Positions 30,459 to 34,644 of a DNA stretch of 34,644 nt are shown one piece after another; position 1 is the first letter of the stretch, and each line of letters begins with the position of its first letter. The DNA is taken from NCBI GenBank assembly GCA_016783505.1, contig JADHWK010000022.1, forward strand, positions 1 to 34,644. The letters run 5' to 3'. Position numbers and translations under genes: made by a program. The notes beneath the pieces were generated by a model, which was not told the origin of the DNA, made no database searches, and saw nothing but the letters and a program-made list of their open reading frames with translations. Source of the DNA: Candidatus Zhuqueibacterota bacterium. GTDB taxonomy: Bacteria; BS750m-G25.

Positions 30459-32579
30459 ATGATAGATAACCTAAAAAAGAATTTTGTATTGAAAGTTTTT
30501 TTTTGGCTCGGCATTGGGTTTTTGGTTTTTGGTCAATTTGTTCCGGTTTCTGCCCAGGTCGGCGAGACTGAAAAGAGATATATTCGAATCGGGTCTCTGC
30601 AGAGCCATTTTTCGGCTTATGGCTCAGAACGGGCCTGGAACAATGTGTATTATGAAGGGTTGAGATGGCCGGCTGATTATCCTTATCAGGATAATTCCGT
30701 TATTAAGCGCTCCTGGATAGCTGCCCAGGATTTCACCGATGCAGATGGACAGGACTGGAGTGTGTATGGAATCTATTTCGCCATGGGTTATGTTGGTCTA
30801 TCCTTATTTCCCATGGAGCTAAAACAGACGGCCAAATTTGAGCCGCCCACCGTCTATGTTGACGGTAAGAATTTAACCGCACCCTATGCCGACGACGTTG
30901 ATGAAATCAATCCGGATCAGATACCCGATCGGATCGTTACCAATGTGGTGAATACCTCGCTCGGTCTTACCATGACCCGGCGCATCTTAGCTTTCAGTCA
31001 GCAGTACCACGATAATTATTTTATTAAGGAATTTACGTTTACCAATACGGGTAATGTAGATTCTGACACATTAATCGAACTGAATGCACCGTTAACAGGG
31101 GTACGAATAGGCTGGGGTACTCGCTACAGCGTATCTCGCGAGGGCTCATTTAAAATAGGTGATGGACAATCCTGGGGTAAACATTCATGGGTTACCAGGC
31201 GTGGCGAGGATTACCCTGCCCATGCATCTGATATAATAACTGAACAAAATCCGATTGTGGAATGGCTTCGCTGCGGTTTTAGCTGGGCCGGACAGTCGGA
31301 AATCAATGCATTTGACAACATCGGTGCTCCTGATATTTCCGGCACTGGACGACTATGTGCGCCGCAGCATGTCGGCACCGTTTGTTTGCATATTGACAAG
31401 AGCGCAACCGATACGACCGATGACCCCTACCAGCCTGTTTTTTTGGGTTGGCATGCAGGCGACACCTATCCAAGTGTAGGTAATTTGCAAACGTCAGACG
31501 AAATTAATATGATTAAGTTATACGACATGTTAAGCGGATTTCCACATATGGGTTTAGGCGGTACCGATCGGATGGATGAAACGTATTTAGAATCCATAAC
31601 ACATAGATTAGATCCTTATACTATTCACAATGATGGTGGCGGAACAAATGTAATGATTTGTTACGGGCCTTTTGATTTGCAGCCGGGTGAAAGTATCACC
31701 ATCGTTGAAGCCGAAGGGATTTCCGGTATTTGTCGTGATTCCTGTTATTCAATTGGCGCAAAATGGCTTGCTGGTGTAGGACCCTTCCATTTACCAAAAG
31801 GCTATGACCCTTCAACAACTAATGATGCCGATTATTATAAAAATGCCTGGGTATATACAGGTAAAGATTCCATATTATTGACGTTTGGGAGGGCCAAACG
31901 CAATTTCGACATGGGCTACGATATTCCACAACCACCATTGCCTCCGCCCTTGTTCGATGTGAAATCAGGGGGTGATCGAATTAGTCTTTCATGGAGCCCA
32001 TCCGAAAGTGAAGATTACCCAGGTTTTGCAGGATATAAAATTTATCGGGCTCTCAGCAAACCAGATACTACACATGATGAAATAGCCACCTTAGGACCGG
32101 GTATTACCTCTTTCGATGATATGACAGCGGATCGCGGCAAAGCCTATTATTACTATATTGTTTCTTTTAACGATGGCTCTAACAACACTGCGGAGGAAGC
32201 AAATCCTGTTGGGCCTCTGTACAGTAGCCGATTTTATACCAAAACCACCGAACCCGCCTATTTGCGTCGTCAAGCTGGGGAATCGCTGTCAGATATTCGT
32301 GTGGTTCCGAACCCTTATAACATTAAAGCCCGTGATTTGCAGTATCCTGGCGAGCCGGACAAAATTATGTTTTTAGACATCCCTGCCTATTGTACTATTA
32401 AAATATTTACAGAACGGGGTGATTTAATTCAAACCATCGAACATACTGATGGCAGCGGAGATGAGGAATGGAATTCGATCACTTCATCCCGACAGGTGGT
32501 TGTCAGTGGTATTTATATCGCACATTTCGAAACGCCTGATGGCCAAAGCATCTATAGGAAATTTGTTATCATTCGATAA
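30459..32579 (+). CDS. Secreted TBDR-partner protein 3 with FN3-like domain and variant CTD
   Basis: Signal peptide; paralogue of 14918 and 21825; C-terminal VVPNPYNI...KFVIIR. Confidence 0.85.
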   Translation: MIDNLKKNFVLKVFFWLGIGFLVFGQFVPVSAQVGETEKRYIRIGSLQSHFSAYGSERAWNNVYYEGLRWPADYPYQDNSVIKRSWIAAQDFTDADGQDWSVYGIYFAMGYVGLSLFPMELKQTAKFEPPTVYVDGKNLTAPYADDVDEINPDQIPDRIVTNVVNTSLGLTMTRRILAFSQQYHDNYFIKEFTFTNTGNVDSDTLIELNAPLTGVRIGWGTRYSVSREGSFKIGDGQSWGKHSWVTRRGEDYPAHASDIITEQNPIVEWLRCGFSWAGQSEINAFDNIGAPDISGTGRLCAPQHVGTVCLHIDKSATDTTDDPYQPVFLGWHAGDTYPSVGNLQTSDEINMIKLYDMLSGFPHMGLGGTDRMDETYLESITHRLDPYTIHNDGGGTNVMICYGPFDLQPGESITIVEAEGISGICRDSCYSIGAKWLAGVGPFHLPKGYDPSTTNDADYYKNAWVYTGKDSILLTFGRAKRNFDMGYDIPQPPLPPPLFDVKSGGDRISLSWSPSESEDYPGFAGYKIYRALSKPDTTHDEIATLGPGITSFDDMTADRGKAYYYYIVSFNDGSNNTAEEANPVGPLYSSRFYTKTTEPAYLRRQAGESLSDIRVVPNPYNIKARDLQYPGEPDKIMFLDIPAYCTIKIFTERGDLIQTIEHTDGSGDEEWNSITSSRQVVVSGIYIAHFETPDGQSIYRKFVIIR

Positions 32580-32639
32580 TTTAAATTTAAGTTTTATACC
32601 GTTAACTCATTCAGTATTAGGATTTTTTTAATTTTTTAC

Positions 32640-32668
32640 TTGCATTTTAATTTTTTATTTATTAATTT
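32640..32668 (+). promoter_or_regulatory. Putative sigma70-type promoter
   Basis: TTGCAT-N17-TAATTT, with the same -10 hexamer as the cassette promoters. Confidence 0.45.
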
Positions 32669-32672
32669 ATAT

Positions 32673-32806
32673 AAAAGGGGATGATATTGGAAGAACAAAA
32701 ATTATAGGTAATAAAAATGTCAAGAAAGGAGGTGATATTGGAATAATAGAAATTACTAGATAGTAGAATTATCAAGAAAGGAGGTGATATTGGAAGAACA
32801 AAAATT
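32673..32806 (+). repeat. Three tandem ~51-bp units, each carrying a strong Shine-Dalgarno-like motif
   Basis: TGATATTGGAA at 32682, 32733 and 32785; copies 2 and 3 share TCAAGAAAGGAGGTGATATTGGAA exactly. Confidence 0.85.
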
Positions 32807-32851
32807 TCCGATTTTTATCCAACTAAAAGATTAAACAAAATGGAGGTAATA

Positions 32852-34162
32852 ATGAAGAAATTATTATTGGTTTTATTGGTTGCTGCCCTATTATCGGGTT
32901 CAGCAATGTCCCAGTGGACCTATGTGGAAGATTTTAAAACAGGTCCTAGCCCACATGGTCTTGTTGTTGATGGAAATGGTCGCATTTGGATAGGCTTCTA
33001 TGCTTATACAGATACGCTCGGTATGCCAGCAGACACCATTCCAGTAGCCCCTATCTACGTGTATGAACCAGATGGATCAGCCGCATCATTTTCGCCCATT
33101 ACATTTTTAACAGTTGGTGGTGTAACCGATACAATTGATACCTATTGCCGCGGGCTTTCGCTCGATAATAATGGCAATATCCTGTTTGTTGGTAATCAAG
33201 TCCTGTATCGGATAAACTATCAGACTGGTGAAGGGATGACTAAATATCTGTATCCTTATGCTTCTGGTTCACTCACCAGTGCGGGGTGTGATGACGAGGG
33301 TTATATCTACCTGACAAAGGTAGTTCCTGGTGGTGATCCTCTTGTCATTTTAGATGAGGATTTTGTGTTATACGGTTTCGTACTGGATAGTTGTTTTACT
33401 ATTCAGAGAGCTGTTGTCGTCACATCTACGGGGAATGATGTTTACGTGGGTAGGATTTATGGCGCAGGAGGTTTAGATGGTGTTCTACACTATCACAGCG
33501 ACAATGGGGCAGATGGTCCTTATGTAGCAGTTGATACATTATGGACAAGTATCTGGGGTCAGTGTGTAGACTGGGACAACAATGGTCTTTTGTGGGTAGG
33601 TTCTTACTGGGATGCTGGTGCTAATGACCTAAAAGGTTGGTACGCATTAGACCCCACACAGGATTATGCGATCATTGACACCATTGGGCATAGTGCAGGA
33701 GCTTTTGTTGCTGGAGAGGTGCCTGCAGGAGGTACATATTATTCGCCACGTCATGTAGCATGGAGCGCCGATGGCCTAACAATGTACACCAACGATTTTG
33801 ATGGTGGTGTCGTTAAGAAATGGACCAATTCTAGCCCGGCGCAACCAGGAGACCCTGCAATCATGTCAGTGGATGAACAAATTCTAAGGACTTTACCATT
33901 AGAATTCTCTCTCTGGCAGAACTATCCCAATCCCTTCAACCCGACGACGGCGATCCCATTTGACCTTTTAAAGAAAGGGTATGTCGAACTGAAGGTGTAT
34001 GACGTGATGGGTCGTGAGGTGATAACCCTTATCGGCAGACCAATGGTCGCCGGCCGCCATGAAGTCGTCTTTGATGGTTCTGACCGTTCATCAGGGGTGT
34101 ATTATTACCAGTTGAGAATGGGGAGATCTCAGGAAACGAAGAAAATGCTCCTCATTAAGTAG
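32852..34162 (+). CDS. Secreted beta-propeller protein with canonical T9SS type A C-terminal domain
   Basis: ATG after GGAGGT; signal peptide; PHGLVVDGNGRIWIG, RGLSLDNNGNIL and SPRHVAWSADG blades; C-terminal QNYPNPFNPTT...VYDVMGREV...SSGVYYY...KKMLLIK. Confidence 0.88.
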   Translation: MKKLLLVLLVAALLSGSAMSQWTYVEDFKTGPSPHGLVVDGNGRIWIGFYAYTDTLGMPADTIPVAPIYVYEPDGSAASFSPITFLTVGGVTDTIDTYCRGLSLDNNGNILFVGNQVLYRINYQTGEGMTKYLYPYASGSLTSAGCDDEGYIYLTKVVPGGDPLVILDEDFVLYGFVLDSCFTIQRAVVVTSTGNDVYVGRIYGAGGLDGVLHYHSDNGADGPYVAVDTLWTSIWGQCVDWDNNGLLWVGSYWDAGANDLKGWYALDPTQDYAIIDTIGHSAGAFVAGEVPAGGTYYSPRHVAWSADGLTMYTNDFDGGVVKKWTNSSPAQPGDPAIMSVDEQILRTLPLEFSLWQNYPNPFNPTTAIPFDLLKKGYVELKVYDVMGREVITLIGRPMVAGRHEVVFDGSDRSSGVYYYQLRMGRSQETKKMLLIK

Positions 34163-34186
34163 CGGCCTGGTGAGCTCAGGGTTACG

Positions 34187-34226
34187 AAAAGCCTCGGTAG
34201 AAAAATTACCGGGGCTTTTTTATTTT
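34187..34226 (+). terminator. Rho-independent terminator
   Basis: AAAA-GCCTCGGTA-loop-TACCGGGGC-TTTTTTATTTT just after the 34162 stop. Confidence 0.85.
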
Positions 34227-34283
34227 AACATCTCGGAATTTCTAAAACTTAATGAAATTATTAGTATTATTTAAACATTTCCA

Positions 34284-34366
34284 AATGATGGAATATTGGA
34301 AGGTTGGGTGTACTCATTCATCCATTCTTCCACTCTTCCATTTATCCATCATTCCATTATTCCATT
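34284..34366. repeat. Inverted octamer tandem element
   Basis: Three AANNNTGG units (34284-34307) facing six TCCANNNN units (34321-34366). Confidence 0.75.
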
Positions 34367-34442
34367 GGGGCATAGCCCTTAAGTTCAAACAGGCTGTTGA
34401 TAAACAAAGGCCGGTCTTGGGGTCGCTTTTTTGTAAAAACAC

Positions 34443-34471
34443 TTGATTTAATCCAAAAGAATTGTTAATAT
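34443..34471 (+). promoter_or_regulatory. Putative promoter of the NhaC-family gene
   Basis: TTGATT-N17-TAATAT. Confidence 0.4.
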
Positions 34472-34516
34472 TAAGAGAATTTTTTCTGTCACCAATATTT
34501 TTTGGTGTCCCTTCCT

Positions 34517-34644
34517 ATGAACGATGTTGGTTGGCTGTCGGTTCTCCCGCCCCTGTTGGCCATTGTCCTGGCCATCTGGAGTAAGCAGGTTTTCCTGTCC
34601 CTGTTTTTTGGCATCTGGATGGGATGGACCATCCTGGTGGGCTG
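34517..34644 (+). CDS. NhaC-family Na+/H+ antiporter / amino-acid transporter, N-terminus (3'-truncated)
   Basis: Manual translation MNDVGWLSVLPPLLAIVLAIWSKQVFLSLFFGIW matches the W.S.LPP..AI.LA...K.V..SL..GI start of this family. Confidence 0.8.
   Translation, partial: MNDVGWLSVLPPLLAIVLAIWSKQVFLSLFFGIWMGWTILVG

Noticed and set aside
11868-32631. Many 60-150-aa overlapping ORFs within the cassette genes
   Set aside because: Alternative-frame or antisense ORFs inside well-supported long genes, without motifs or RBS.
32673-32806. Mini CRISPR array
   Set aside because: Only three non-palindromic units, spacers short (about 15-20 nt) and AT-rich, the repeat is an SD motif, and no cas genes are present.
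11826-34162. Classical SusC/SusD PUL, or an integrative mobile island
   Set aside because: No SusD-like TPR lipoprotein follows the TBDRs; no integrase, transposase, tRNA target or att repeats were seen.
34252-34446. 64-aa ORF
   Set aside because: Its sequence (ILPLFHLSIIPLFH) is just the translation of the octamer repeat.

Overview
Bacterial chromosomal window, most likely from a non-Bacteroidota FCB-group lineage (inferred from T9SS/FlgD-type C-terminal sorting domains combined with strong Shine-Dalgarno use and sigma70-type promoters). The left ~11.7 kb is GC-richer and mostly housekeeping: a partial radical SAM gene, guaB, a decayed CopG-type antitoxin, rpsT, sirtuin cobB, a TPR lipoprotein, pyrK-pyrD, rlpA and cdsA. 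One AT-richer secreted multidomain enzyme gene sits within it. From 11.8 to 34.2 kb lies an AT-richer cell-surface locus of three paralogous cassettes. Each has a TonB-dependent receptor followed by a ~700-aa non-lipidated secreted partner with an FN3-like domain and a variant T9SS-like C-terminal domain (VVPNPYNI...IIR). Two cassettes add a PorV/PorQ-family barrel. The locus also encodes two lipoproteins and a beta-propeller protein with a canonical CTD, but no SusD. This looks like a SusD-independent uptake system in which a CTD-bearing lid is held by its own PorV-like barrel (inference). Intergenic DNA contains a 164-bp MITE with TIRs and a 4-bp TSD, nested palindromes, inverted octamer elements, and three tandem strong SD repeats with micro-uORFs. 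The window ends in the start of an NhaC-family transporter gene. No rRNA, tRNA, CRISPR array, transposase or integrase was seen.
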